Source of the DNA: a virus
Taxonomy: Duplodnaviria > Caudoviricetes
Virus record (IMG/VR): IMGVR_UViG_3300025944_000001
Coordinates: 659 to 64,658 of that record
DNA: 64,000 nt
Strand: one strand, 5' to 3'
Of this stretch, positions 45,613 through 53,195 are shown piece by piece. Below the pieces are notes generated by a model that did not search any database, was not told the DNA's origin, and saw only the letters and a program-made list of their open reading frames with translations. The position numbers and the translations under genes are program-made. Positions within the stretch are counted from its first letter, which is position 1. Every line of letters begins with the position of its first letter.

Positions 45613-45810
45613 CTAGGCGGCTCGCTTCATATCAGGTGCACCGCGTGCAAGATGGCCGCTGTCAAGCCGCCCGTTATCGCCTGCACGATTGCATCGATAA
45701 GCCGATTGTTGAACCGTCGTTTCCTTATCAATCCTCCCGTCATGGTGAACTCCTCTCTCGCCGTTCCATCGGCGGTCTTGCTGCCGTCCGTGCTCATCTA
45801 TGGGCATCAT
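45613..45810 (-). CDS. Hypothetical protein (65 aa)
   Basis: ORF right after tRNA-like element A; weak support. Confidence 0.3.
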   Translation of the reverse strand: MMPIDEHGRQQDRRWNGERGVHHDGRIDKETTVQQSAYRCNRAGDNGRLDSGHLARGAPDMKRAA

Positions 45811-45831
45811 GCCCGTCGTTCATTCCGTGAA

Positions 45832-45890
45832 TGGACCGGGAGGGAATCGAACCCTCACACTCTAGCGCTGTACCAATCAGCTTCCGGCCC
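45832..45890 (-). ncRNA. tRNA-like RNA A (59 nt) with no anticodon arm
   Basis: GGGCCGG AA GCTG-ATTGGTA-CAGC GCTAGAGTGT GAGGG-TTCGATT-CCCTC CCGGTCC A: 7-bp acceptor, 4-bp D stem, 5-bp T stem and canonical T loop, with only 10 nt between D and T arms. Confidence 0.75.
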
Positions 45891-45911
45891 GTATCGTCGT
45901 TACGCCGTCTC

Positions 45912-45949
45912 GCACGGGGCGGGCTGTTGACGTCGCGCCCGCCCCGTGC
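45912..45949. other. Perfect 13-bp GC hairpin just upstream of element A
   Basis: GCACGGGGCGGGC-(12 nt)-GCCCGCCCCGTGC. Confidence 0.6.
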
Positions 45950-46156
45950 TCTCTTCCAAACCAGCTATCTCAGAAATCCATATCAATTACGATAGGTCAC
46001 CTGATGGTTGCCGGTGCCCCGCTTTCGTTGTAGGTCGGTGTCACCTCCGTTTGCTGATTGCCTCGGTGGGCGCAAAGTGAATGTGAGTGCATGGGATTTT
46101 CCGGCGCAAGGCGCGCGGTAATCGTCGACCCCTCGAACGAACATTAGCACTCACAA

Positions 46157-46224
46157 AGGGGACCGGTGGAATCGAACCACCCCGCAACTATCCCTAGTCC
46201 GCACTGCCACTGTGCTTAGTCCCC
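46157..46224 (-). ncRNA. tRNA-like RNA B (68 nt) with the anticodon loop replaced by a GGGA tetraloop
   Basis: GGGGACT AA GCAC-AGTGGCA-GTGC G GACTA-GGGA-TAGTT GCGG GGTGG-TTCGATT-CCACC GGTCCCC T: full cloverleaf, but a 4-nt GNRA loop instead of a 7-nt anticodon loop. Confidence 0.8.
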
Positions 46225-46287
46225 GGCAATCATGGGGCTGATCTCCACCCTAGCCCCGCCCTCCTTCCTGCGCTCCGATGTGCGCGG

Positions 46288-46551
46288 CTAGGCTGCAATC
46301 CTCTCCCGCGTCGCGTACCGCCGCGTCGGCGCGGGCGTCGTCACGACTTCGAACTGCTCGGCTACTTCCGCCATGTGCGCCCGTGACGGCGGCAGGATTT
46401 CGGCATCGTCGAACCAGACGCGGTGACCGCCATCAAGCCACGACTTAGCGTTCGCGTTCGCCGCCGCCGCGATGTGCGGGTTATTGTTGTCCGGGTAGCT
46501 GCCGCGCAACGCCTTGCGGCCGTCGATTTCAACGTAGAGGTTCATCGTCAT
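46288..46551 (-). CDS. Hypothetical protein between the nucleotidyltransferase and the tRNA-like RNAs (87 aa)
   Basis: GGGAG RBS; 8 nt after the NTase stop. Confidence 0.55.
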   Translation of the reverse strand: MTMNLYVEIDGRKALRGSYPDNNNPHIAAAANANAKSWLDGGHRVWFDDAEILPPSRAHMAEVAEQFEVVTTPAPTRRYATRERIAA

Positions 46552-46558
46552 TAACTCC

Positions 46559-47422
46559 CTAGAACATGCGGTTGATTAGTTCAAGCAGGTAATCGTTCGG
46601 AACCTGTCCGTCTTCAAACTTCTTGTTCAACGCTTCGATAAGCATGGTGAAGAACAGAGCGTCGACACCCACGAGTTGGTCTTCAAGGATGGAAATGTTG
46701 TGCAAGTCGAGTTGGCTGATTTGCAGGGCCATCTTGAGTATCTGCCCTGCATTGATGCGCCAGCCGCGTTCAATGAACTTGCGCACCCGGAACATGGAAC
46801 ACACTGGATACTTCGACCCAACGTATCGCAGTTCTCGCGCCATCAAACATTCGAGCGCGTGGACATTAAGCACGAGTTCGCCGTCCCAAGACGTCCAGTA
46901 ATTGGTGCAGTGAATAAAGTCGAAGTTCTCGTGAATGGCCTCGGGTTCGCCGTAGAAGCGGATGACCAACTGAACCCGACCGTTCAAAGTAATCGCGTTG
47001 CTCGAAAGGAATACAGGCAGGTAAGCGCCTTCATCGTCGCCTTCAAGTACGGCCGGTTCGTCGACCACTTCGGTTTCGTCGGCGCTCTCGCCAGCAACGC
47101 CAGCCGATTTAATGAATATCCGCACCCTGCCCGACTCGTCGACTTTAACGGTCGAGTCTTTGACGGATTGACGCGTTGACTTGAACTTTTCAAGGTAGTA
47201 GTTGGCAACAGCCTCGGTGGTCGCCTTGTCCTTGAAGTAGATATCGAAGTCGTTGACTTCCTCGCCAAGAAGCATTGAGGCGATACAGCCACCGGTCACG
47301 ATAGAGCTGCGCTCAACCCACTTGCGCACTTTCTCATCCTCGATACTGGCGACGAACTCGTTGAACTTTCGAGTAATCACGCCCTTGATTGTTTTGGTCG
47401 TTAAGCCTCGCGTCATGTCCAT
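46559..47422 (-). CDS. Nucleotidyltransferase, CCA-adding/poly(A) polymerase head-domain-like (287 aa)
   Basis: VTGGCIASMLLGEEVNDFDIYF (cf. GGxVRDxLLGxxxxDxD), ENFDFIHCTNYW (cf. RRDFTINA), YPVCSMFRVRKF (cf. DPLRxLRAxRF); AAGGAG before ATG 47422. Confidence 0.7.
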   Translation of the reverse strand: MDMTRGLTTKTIKGVITRKFNEFVASIEDEKVRKWVERSSIVTGGCIASMLLGEEVNDFDIYFKDKATTEAVANYYLEKFKSTRQSVKDSTVKVDESGRVRIFIKSAGVAGESADETEVVDEPAVLEGDDEGAYLPVFLSSNAITLNGRVQLVIRFYGEPEAIHENFDFIHCTNYWTSWDGELVLNVHALECLMARELRYVGSKYPVCSMFRVRKFIERGWRINAGQILKMALQISQLDLHNISILEDQLVGVDALFFTMLIEALNKKFEDGQVPNDYLLELINRMF

Positions 47423-47658
47423 TATCGTTTCGCTCCTTCGGCCATAATCGCCGCGCCGACCGTTTCGAGCCGCGCGAGCGCCTCGTTCACCGCCGCCTGC
47501 ATCGCCGTCACGTCCGAAACGCGGCCGGTGCCGTGGCACGTGCCGCAGCGGTCGTTACCGGCGCAGCCACCACAGAACAGGCACGGCACGGTTCGCGCCT
47601 CGCGGCGAGTGAACGCCGACGTCGCCGCGTCGTGCTCGGCCGGTGTGATGGTGTTCAT
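47422..47658 (-). CDS. Small Zn-finger protein with CxxCxGxG-type repeats (78 aa)
   Basis: CLFCGG..DRCGTCHGTGRV. Confidence 0.55.
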   Translation of the reverse strand: MNTITPAEHDAATSAFTRREARTVPCLFCGGCAGNDRCGTCHGTGRVSDVTAMQAAVNEALARLETVGAAIMAEGAKR

Positions 47659-48071
47659 GAGCGTGTCCTCAACACGAGCGGCTCGACCTGTTCGAGCGGG
47701 GTGACTATCTCGTCGTTTCGGATTTTACAAGTATGATCACTGGTAAGATTGACTGCATTCGGGCACGCGTCCATTTGCTTTTGGTAGACCTGACTTGTCG
47801 GCTGACTGCCGAGATTGAACAAGTCGCCCGGTTCAAGTTCACCGAACGTGCACGTCGCCGGTGTCGGCGGCTCGCACGGTTCGACGGGTACGCCACATTT
47901 CTTGAAATAGCACGTAGCGCCGGGGGCCTTGGTGAGCCATACGCAGAGATAGTAGTCGTTTCTTGTCTCCGCTGTCTTGAGGTAGCGATTCCCACTGAAC
48001 ACAAACTCTTTCCCCGGCGCGATGTCGTCGACCGTCACGGTTCGCGGCGTGTCGATAATCCTGATTTCCAT
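47655..48071 (-). CDS. Hypothetical protein with two internal repeats (138 aa)
   Basis: VTVDDIAPGKEFVF..YLKT and TFGELEPGDLFNL..YQKQ. Confidence 0.55.
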   Translation of the reverse strand: MEIRIIDTPRTVTVDDIAPGKEFVFSGNRYLKTAETRNDYYLCVWLTKAPGATCYFKKCGVPVEPCEPPTPATCTFGELEPGDLFNLGSQPTSQVYQKQMDACPNAVNLTSDHTCKIRNDEIVTPLEQVEPLVLRTRS

Positions 48072-48072
48072 G

Positions 48073-48285
48073 CTAGGCTGCTGCCTTTCTGTCCGTCACG
48101 GTCGCGTCGACCGTAACCGGCCTTTGCGGTACCTGGATACCGGCCGTGTTGTTGGCGTACCGCGCAAACTCCCCCGCGTCGACGACCTCGCTTGTGCCGC
48201 CGTCCATGCGCCAGACGTCTAGGCCGTCACGGGTCACGAACGTCGCGCGGATCGGGCGCTTACGGCGATGCGGGGCGGTGGTCAT
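48073..48285 (-). CDS. Hypothetical protein (70 aa)
   Basis: In-operon ORF. Confidence 0.45.
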   Translation of the reverse strand: MTTAPHRRKRPIRATFVTRDGLDVWRMDGGTSEVVDAGEFARYANNTAGIQVPQRPVTVDATVTDRKAAA

Positions 48286-48288
48286 TGG

Positions 48289-48552
48289 TTACGCCTTCCC
48301 CGCGAACGTCAGTAGCCAGTTGCCGTAGTCGTCGCGGTCCATCGTCGACAGCGCGAACCCATGGTCACCCAGCGCCTCCGCGATGGCCGCTTCCTGCGAC
48401 TGTCGGCTGTCGCCGTGCGTCCGGGCCGAGATGCGGCCGATGGCGTCGTACAGACCGGCGATGGCGTGACCGCCGGATCGGAGGACGCAGCGGCCCGATA
48501 TGCGGTACTGCTTGATGACGATGTCGATCGCCGTGGTCGCGATGGTGGTCAT
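48289..48552 (-). CDS. First gene of the early leftward operon, hypothetical (87 aa)
   Basis: GAGGAG RBS downstream of the leftward promoter. Confidence 0.55.
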   Translation of the reverse strand: MTTIATTAIDIVIKQYRISGRCVLRSGGHAIAGLYDAIGRISARTHGDSRQSQEAAIAEALGDHGFALSTMDRDDYGNWLLTFAGKA

Positions 48553-48596
48553 GGTTGTCTCTCCTCGTTGCCCGCCAAGTTGATTGCTGATAATCT

Positions 48597-48625
48597 ATTT
48601 TATCAAAAAGATAATACCATGTCAA
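48597..48625 (-). promoter_or_regulatory. Early leftward promoter with embedded operator
   Basis: TTGACA, 17 nt, TAAAAT; palindrome TTATC-N5-GATAA at 48600-48614. Confidence 0.8.
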
Positions 48626-48650
48626 GCCTTTTTAATCATATAGATAAATA

Positions 48651-48890
48651 TTATTTTATCTTAGGCTTGGCGGCTTCTTCAATCTCGACAATGGGGCGGC
48701 TGTAGATCTCGGCGAGGGCGCGGATGTTGGCTGACTTGATGGTCCCGCGATATTCGATCAATCGTGCGTATTCCATGGAGATGGTACGGCCGAGTATATC
48801 GCCCATTTTTGCGGCGACGTCCTCATAGGACAAGCCTAGGCTTTCGCGTATGTTTTTGAGGGGGAGTTCGAGTTCGGCGGTTCTAGACAT
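48651..48890 (-). CDS. Cro-like XRE HTH protein (79 aa)
   Basis: LKNIRESLGLSYEDVAAKM..ISMEYARLIE; divergent from the repressor. Confidence 0.75.
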   Translation of the reverse strand: MSRTAELELPLKNIRESLGLSYEDVAAKMGDILGRTISMEYARLIEYRGTIKSANIRALAEIYSRPIVEIEEAAKPKIK

Positions 48891-48896
48891 GCCTCT

Positions 48897-48925
48897 ATTT
48901 TATCTGATGGATAACAGGCTGTCAA
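48897..48925 (-). promoter_or_regulatory. cro promoter with embedded operator (probably leaderless mRNA)
   Basis: TTGACA, 17 nt, TAAAAT; TTATC-N5-GATAA at 48900-48914; the -10 box ends 7 nt from the cro ATG. Confidence 0.8.
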
Positions 48926-48989
48926 GCTATTTTATCAACTCGGTCATTGCGGTTTGTAACGAAATGATAAAAAATGTGTCGTATGCAGT

Positions 48990-49517
48990 ATGCAAGTCTT
49001 AAGTATGAAAACGGTGGGTATGGGGCGTAGGTCGACAAGTCCAACAAGCGGGGTCGGCGAATGGCTCCGTAACGCGCGAACAGCGCGCGGGTGGACGCTC
49101 GAAGCACTTGCCGACGAGGCAGGTACGGCCGCGCCGGTCATATCTAACATTGAGCGCGGCAAACGTAATCCGTCCCGCGAGATGGTGCGTAAGCTAGGGG
49201 CGGCACTCTCGGCATCGCCGACGCTGGCTGGTAGATTAATAGACGAAGGGCTAATCGCAGCGGGGTTCGCACCCGAAGGTGACGCTTACAACGTGGTTAA
49301 GATTGAGGAAGTACCGACACCAACCGAAATGGTTGCCCTGTCGCCCGAGGAACGCGCCATCATTGAGCAGATCCGCGCGATGAAGACCGGTGCGCCCGCT
49401 CCATCGCCGCCGCCCGCCACGGACGACACGCGCACCGCCGGGGAGCGCAAGCAGGGCGTACCCGCGATGGCCGACAGGACGCTCCCGCCGAAGACCAGAC
49501 GGGAGCGTGACTTCTAG
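48990..49517 (+). CDS. CI-like XRE repressor (up to 175 aa; no S24 peptidase domain seen)
   Basis: GEWLRNARTARGWTLEALADEAGTAAPVISNIERGKRNPSREMVRKLGAAL; start could be 49005 or 49020. Confidence 0.8.
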   Translation: MQVLSMKTVGMGRRSTSPTSGVGEWLRNARTARGWTLEALADEAGTAAPVISNIERGKRNPSREMVRKLGAALSASPTLAGRLIDEGLIAAGFAPEGDAYNVVKIEEVPTPTEMVALSPEERAIIEQIRAMKTGAPAPSPPPATDDTRTAGERKQGVPAMADRTLPPKTRRERDF

Positions 49518-49753
49518 AGGACGGTGAAACCGCTCGCGACGATTTCGACGATGTCGCCCTCGCGAACGCCATTGAGGAACCCGGTCACGTCCGGGTGGGC
49601 GCGTTCGAATGCCTCGATTTCGTCCGCTATCGCTCGTTTCCGTAACTGCATTGTTACCCAGTGGCTTAGGTTAGTGGCGAATTGGTTAGCAATGATAGCA
49701 TGAGGTGCGTCCGAATCCATAATTACCTTGGCACTACAGGTAAATGCCACCAT
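49514..49753 (-). CDS. Hypothetical protein (79 aa)
   Basis: Convergent with the repressor and divergent from the integrase. Confidence 0.4.
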   Translation of the reverse strand: MVAFTCSAKVIMDSDAPHAIIANQFATNLSHWVTMQLRKRAIADEIEAFERAHPDVTGFLNGVREGDIVEIVASGFTVL

Positions 49754-50011
49754 CTCGGCAGCAATGTTGAAATGAACCGGCTAATTATTATTCCATGATT
49801 AATCGATTCCATCATATTAATTTACTCTTAACACGCAATGTAACTTACACTATGCAACGGCTACGGTTGAGTTCTATTAGTCGTTAGCACGCTTGACCAT
49901 GCGTCTACCCATTCTATCACATATAGAACCTTTGTGCTAGTAGACACGCACGATTGACCAGGGATTTGCCCGATTCTTTTAACGCTTCTCACTTGATGAG
50001 AATTACCGCCC

Positions 50012-51538
50012 ATGCCCGACTTCTCCACCCTCACCCGCTTCGCCCTGTATCGTCGTGTCAGCTCGCAGGAGTCGTTCGAGAAAGACCTTTCGCTCCCCGA
50101 GCAGGCGGCACAGCAGCGCGACTACGTGACGCGTAACGGCGGCATCATCGTTGCGGAGTTCGAGGAGGGCAAGGGGATATCGGCGTCTCGGGAGGACCGC
50201 CCCGAGTTCCAGCGGATGATTAGCGCGGCGAAGTCGGGCGAGTTCGACGTACTCCTTATCCACCGCAGTAACCGCGTGTTCCGCTCCCGGATGCACGCCG
50301 TCACGTACAAGCACCTTCTAGGGCAGCACGGTATCCGGCTCGCCAGTGTCACCGAGTCCTTCATCGGCTCAGACGACCCGACAGACAAACTCCTTGAAGG
50401 CATCATGGAGTGCTTCAATGAATGGTTCCTTGAGAACCTCAAAGCTGAAATCGGCAAGGGTTTGCGGCAGGCAGCAGCCCAGGGCAGGCAGAGCGGGGCG
50501 GTCCCGTACGGGTACCAGTGGGACCGCGAAGGTGACGGCAATTGGGCGATAGATCCCGTGACGTCGCCCTGGGTCGCGCGGATCTTCGAAGCGTTCCTAA
50601 CGCGCAGCCTTGCGTTCTCCGAAATCGCCCGTGAACTCAACTCGCTGGGTGCGCCGTCGCCGGGAAATCCGGGAAGCGCCAAGCAGCGCCAGAATTGGAG
50701 CAACACCGGTACCGACTGGTGGGGCGCGGCCGTCAAGCGCATCCTGTCGCTCAGGCAGTACGTCGGAGACGTCCACTACAAGGGCGAGTGGTACAAGGGC
50801 GTGCACTCGGCGCTCATCACCCGCGACGTGTTCGACGAAACGGCGCGGCGGTTATCCGGTAAGCGCGTTGGGCGGTCGTACAGTGCGCCGGCGCTGTTCG
50901 GGACGGGCTTACTCCTATGCCCTCACTGCGGGCAGGCGTTGACCGTTCGGCGGCACGTGCACAAAGCCGATGGCGTTCGCCGGGAATACACGAACTACGC
51001 CTGCTCTACGCACTCGGCGTACACGCAGAAGACCGCCCAAGGTGGCATAGCGGCAATGGACTGCCCAGGCTTCATGATATCAGAGGGCAAGGTACTGGAC
51101 ACGTTCCGCCCCGTGCTAGAGGCCGCGAGCGCCGACGTCGACCCGGCCGTCATCACCGTTACGGCACTACCGCCGATGAAGCCACCGACCGACAACTATG
51201 CGTTGATGACGGCTATGCGGACGGAACTGGCGACGATCCCGACCACACGCACGAACTACCTGCGCATTGCCGGTAAGGGGATGATGCCCGATGACGTGCT
51301 CGCGGAGGAGTTGGCGTCGCTTTCGGCGCGGGAGGTCGCGATAACGGCCGAAATCGAACGGTTGACCAATCAGGGTACAATCAGGGCCGAACCCGACCCG
51401 GTGGACGCGTACCGGCTTCTGCGTGCCCTTGACCGCGATGACCTCACGGTACCACAGAAGCGTGATGCGATACGAGCGGTTTTTGTGTCCATCACGCCCA
51501 CTGCCGACAAGGTAGGGTTACGTTGTGTTTTGTGCTGA
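50012..51538 (+). CDS. Large serine recombinase (integrase) (508 aa)
   Basis: ALYRRVSS catalytic Ser, SASREDRPEFQRMI, HRSNRVFRS, recombinase domain (VPYGY..YVGD..HSALITRDVF), Zn ribbon CPHCG...YACS and coiled coil. Confidence 0.92.
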   Translation: MPDFSTLTRFALYRRVSSQESFEKDLSLPEQAAQQRDYVTRNGGIIVAEFEEGKGISASREDRPEFQRMISAAKSGEFDVLLIHRSNRVFRSRMHAVTYKHLLGQHGIRLASVTESFIGSDDPTDKLLEGIMECFNEWFLENLKAEIGKGLRQAAAQGRQSGAVPYGYQWDREGDGNWAIDPVTSPWVARIFEAFLTRSLAFSEIARELNSLGAPSPGNPGSAKQRQNWSNTGTDWWGAAVKRILSLRQYVGDVHYKGEWYKGVHSALITRDVFDETARRLSGKRVGRSYSAPALFGTGLLLCPHCGQALTVRRHVHKADGVRREYTNYACSTHSAYTQKTAQGGIAAMDCPGFMISEGKVLDTFRPVLEAASADVDPAVITVTALPPMKPPTDNYALMTAMRTELATIPTTRTNYLRIAGKGMMPDDVLAEELASLSAREVAITAEIERLTNQGTIRAEPDPVDAYRLLRALDRDDLTVPQKRDAIRAVFVSITPTADKVGLRCVLC

Positions 51539-51649
51539 ATCTAACGGTGTCTAATGTCCGTGTTCGTTACTGCATCACCCTGGCGACCGCCGCGCACAAT
51601 TCACCGTGTCTACCTTGCGCCAACCTTCGAATCGTGCTAGACTCGGGTC

Positions 51650-51961
51650 ATGAGCCTACCGCCGACACGCGCCGAATGGGTGCGGTACCTGCGCTGGCGC
51701 GTCCGTAACCGTCGACCCGAGCACCGGCCGATATCGTTCGGCAACCCGGCCGCGAAGTACCCGGAGCTGCACCGTCGACCCGTGAGCGGCGACGGTGCGA
51801 CCGTGCGCGGCGTGGTGATCGATTCGGACGGTGCGGGAACCACGGTCGACGTCATTTGCCCGTACTGCGGCGAGCGACACGCCCATGTCGTGGCCGACGG
51901 GTGGAGCGGCCGTGTCGACGCGCCGTGCGGGTACGGCAGGTATCAGGTGGTGGTGGAGTGA
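51650..51961 (+). CDS. Hypothetical Zn-binding protein (103 aa)
   Basis: ICPYCGERHAH...APCG. Confidence 0.5.
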   Translation: MSLPPTRAEWVRYLRWRVRNRRPEHRPISFGNPAAKYPELHRRPVSGDGATVRGVVIDSDGAGTTVDVICPYCGERHAHVVADGWSGRVDAPCGYGRYQVVVE

Positions 51962-52287
51962 GTGGTTTCTATGGTCCAGCCTGAGCACTCAGTCACGTCG
52001 ACGCGCAACTCGTGCCCCCAGCACTTGGTTCGGTCGCTGTTTAGCCACACGTCACCGAGTCGACTTGCGCCGACCACGCGGTAAGTCTTGCCTTCGTACG
52101 TACACAACAGGATTCGGGCAGCTAGCCACATTTCCTTTTCTTGCAGCCATGCCGACATTTCGCGAATGGTCAGGTTGTCAGGGATACCAGAACGAAACCG
52201 CTCTAGCCATTCCTTAGCAGTGCGCTCCGATTCGTCCACTGGCGGAGTGTCGAGCCAATCGTCAACATGCGTCTCTGTCGTTTGCAT
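51943..52287 (-). CDS. Hypothetical protein (114 aa)
   Basis: YEGKTYRVVGASRLGDVWL..LRVDVTECSGW. Confidence 0.55.
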   Translation of the reverse strand: MQTTETHVDDWLDTPPVDESERTAKEWLERFRSGIPDNLTIREMSAWLQEKEMWLAARILLCTYEGKTYRVVGASRLGDVWLNSDRTKCWGHELRVDVTECSGWTIETTHSTTT

Positions 52288-52299
52288 TCCTCTACTCCT

Positions 52300-52560
52300 T
52301 CATTCCATCCATCCGAGTGCATCGACCGCCGCGCCGACAAGGGCCGTGGCGTTCCGGCCGCGCTCGAAGCCACGGACGGTGGCGGTTGACTCGTACCGTT
52401 CGCCATGTCGATGCTTGAATGTTCGCCAACCGCGCACCTCGTAGTCGCACGGCGTTCCGTCCGGTACGTCGGGGCCGACGTTGGCGATGGTCACGGACGC
52501 TATCGGCCGTGCGCGGGACTCATCGCCGTACGGGACGATTTCGACGGTTACTCTGAGCAT
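52300..52560 (-). CDS. Hypothetical protein (86 aa)
   Basis: MLRVTVEIVPYGD..IASVTIANVG..DYEV..VRGFER. Confidence 0.55.
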   Translation of the reverse strand: MLRVTVEIVPYGDESRARPIASVTIANVGPDVPDGTPCDYEVRGWRTFKHRHGERYESTATVRGFERGRNATALVGAAVDALGWME

Positions 52561-52742
52561 GGCTGCAAACTCCCGTCCATTCCGATGACTGCGACCACCT
52601 CGCCGTTGATGTAGGCGTGTCCGTTGTCGATACCCCCAGTCATCGTGTCGCCGGTGCGGAAGCATTCGACCGAACAATAGCGAACCGCCGAATCGCGCGG
52701 GTCGACAAGGGCATAGATGTAGACGACGGGACTATTACTCAT
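52548..52742 (-). pseudogene. Chimeric ORF starting with a GIY-YIG endonuclease remnant (64 aa)
   Basis: VYIYALVDPRDSAVRY is the GIY-YIG N-terminal strand but the YVG motif and catalytic core are missing. Confidence 0.45.
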
Positions 52743-53025
52743 CAGCCTTTACCTTCGGTATACCGGCCGGGTTCGGCTGGACTTCGTACATGTCGCGACT
52801 GTCGACACCGAGCAATCTAGCAGCCTCAGCAATCACCTGAATGGACACGCCTGAAATGTCGGCGTCCTTATCAGCAAGCACGCGGCGGATCGTCGCCCTC
52901 GCCATGTTCGTCTGTTCAACCAGAGACTCAAGCGAGATTTTCTGACCCGTCTCAAGTTGTCGTCTCAACAATACGTCATATCCCTTAGATATGACTTTGA
53001 CTCCAAGTTCACTCATCGGTGGCAT
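52735..53025 (-). CDS. Cro/C1-type HTH regulator (96 aa)
   Basis: ISLESLVEQTNMARATIRRV..IAEAARLLGVDSRDMYE. Confidence 0.7.
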   Translation of the reverse strand: MPPMSELGVKVISKGYDVLLRRQLETGQKISLESLVEQTNMARATIRRVLADKDADISGVSIQVIAEAARLLGVDSRDMYEVQPNPAGIPKVKADE

Positions 53026-53054
53026 CCCTCATTGTAGCACGGCGCTACACCATA

Positions 53055-53083
53055 AGCATACACTCTGTACCGTAATCTGTCAA
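53055..53083 (-). promoter_or_regulatory. Leftward promoter for the HTH gene
   Basis: Minus strand TTGACA, 17 nt, TATGCT. Confidence 0.6.
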
Positions 53084-53131
53084 GACTATATCGTAAATTA
53101 GAAAATATTATCGTTAACTAGTTGAAAAGGC

Positions 53132-53160
53132 TTGTATTGTGACTAAAGCCGTGATATAAT
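53132..53160 (+). promoter_or_regulatory. Rightward promoter of the accessory arm
   Basis: TTGTAT, 17 nt, TATAAT with extended-10 TG. Confidence 0.65.
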
Positions 53161-53195
53161 GTATCCATAGACGAGCCGAGAGGGAGACGCGACCG

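Noticed and set aside
46084-46154. Twister, theta/HDV or hammerhead ribozyme downstream of element B
   Set aside because: I could not place the conserved cores (GUCCC-AAGC and GAGGG; HDV nested pseudoknot; CUGAUGA and GAAA). Kept only as an unassigned structure.
45832-46224. tRNA-like pieces as attP core remnants or ordinary tRNA genes
   Set aside because: att cores usually copy only a tRNA 3' part, whereas both elements have complete paired 5' halves; the integrase is a serine type 4 kb away; neither element has a 7-nt anticodon loop, so no amino acid can be assigned.
49750-50010. Exact attP site
   Set aside because: The AT-rich region before the integrase is a plausible place, but I found no clear inverted repeat around a central dinucleotide, so no coordinates are claimed.
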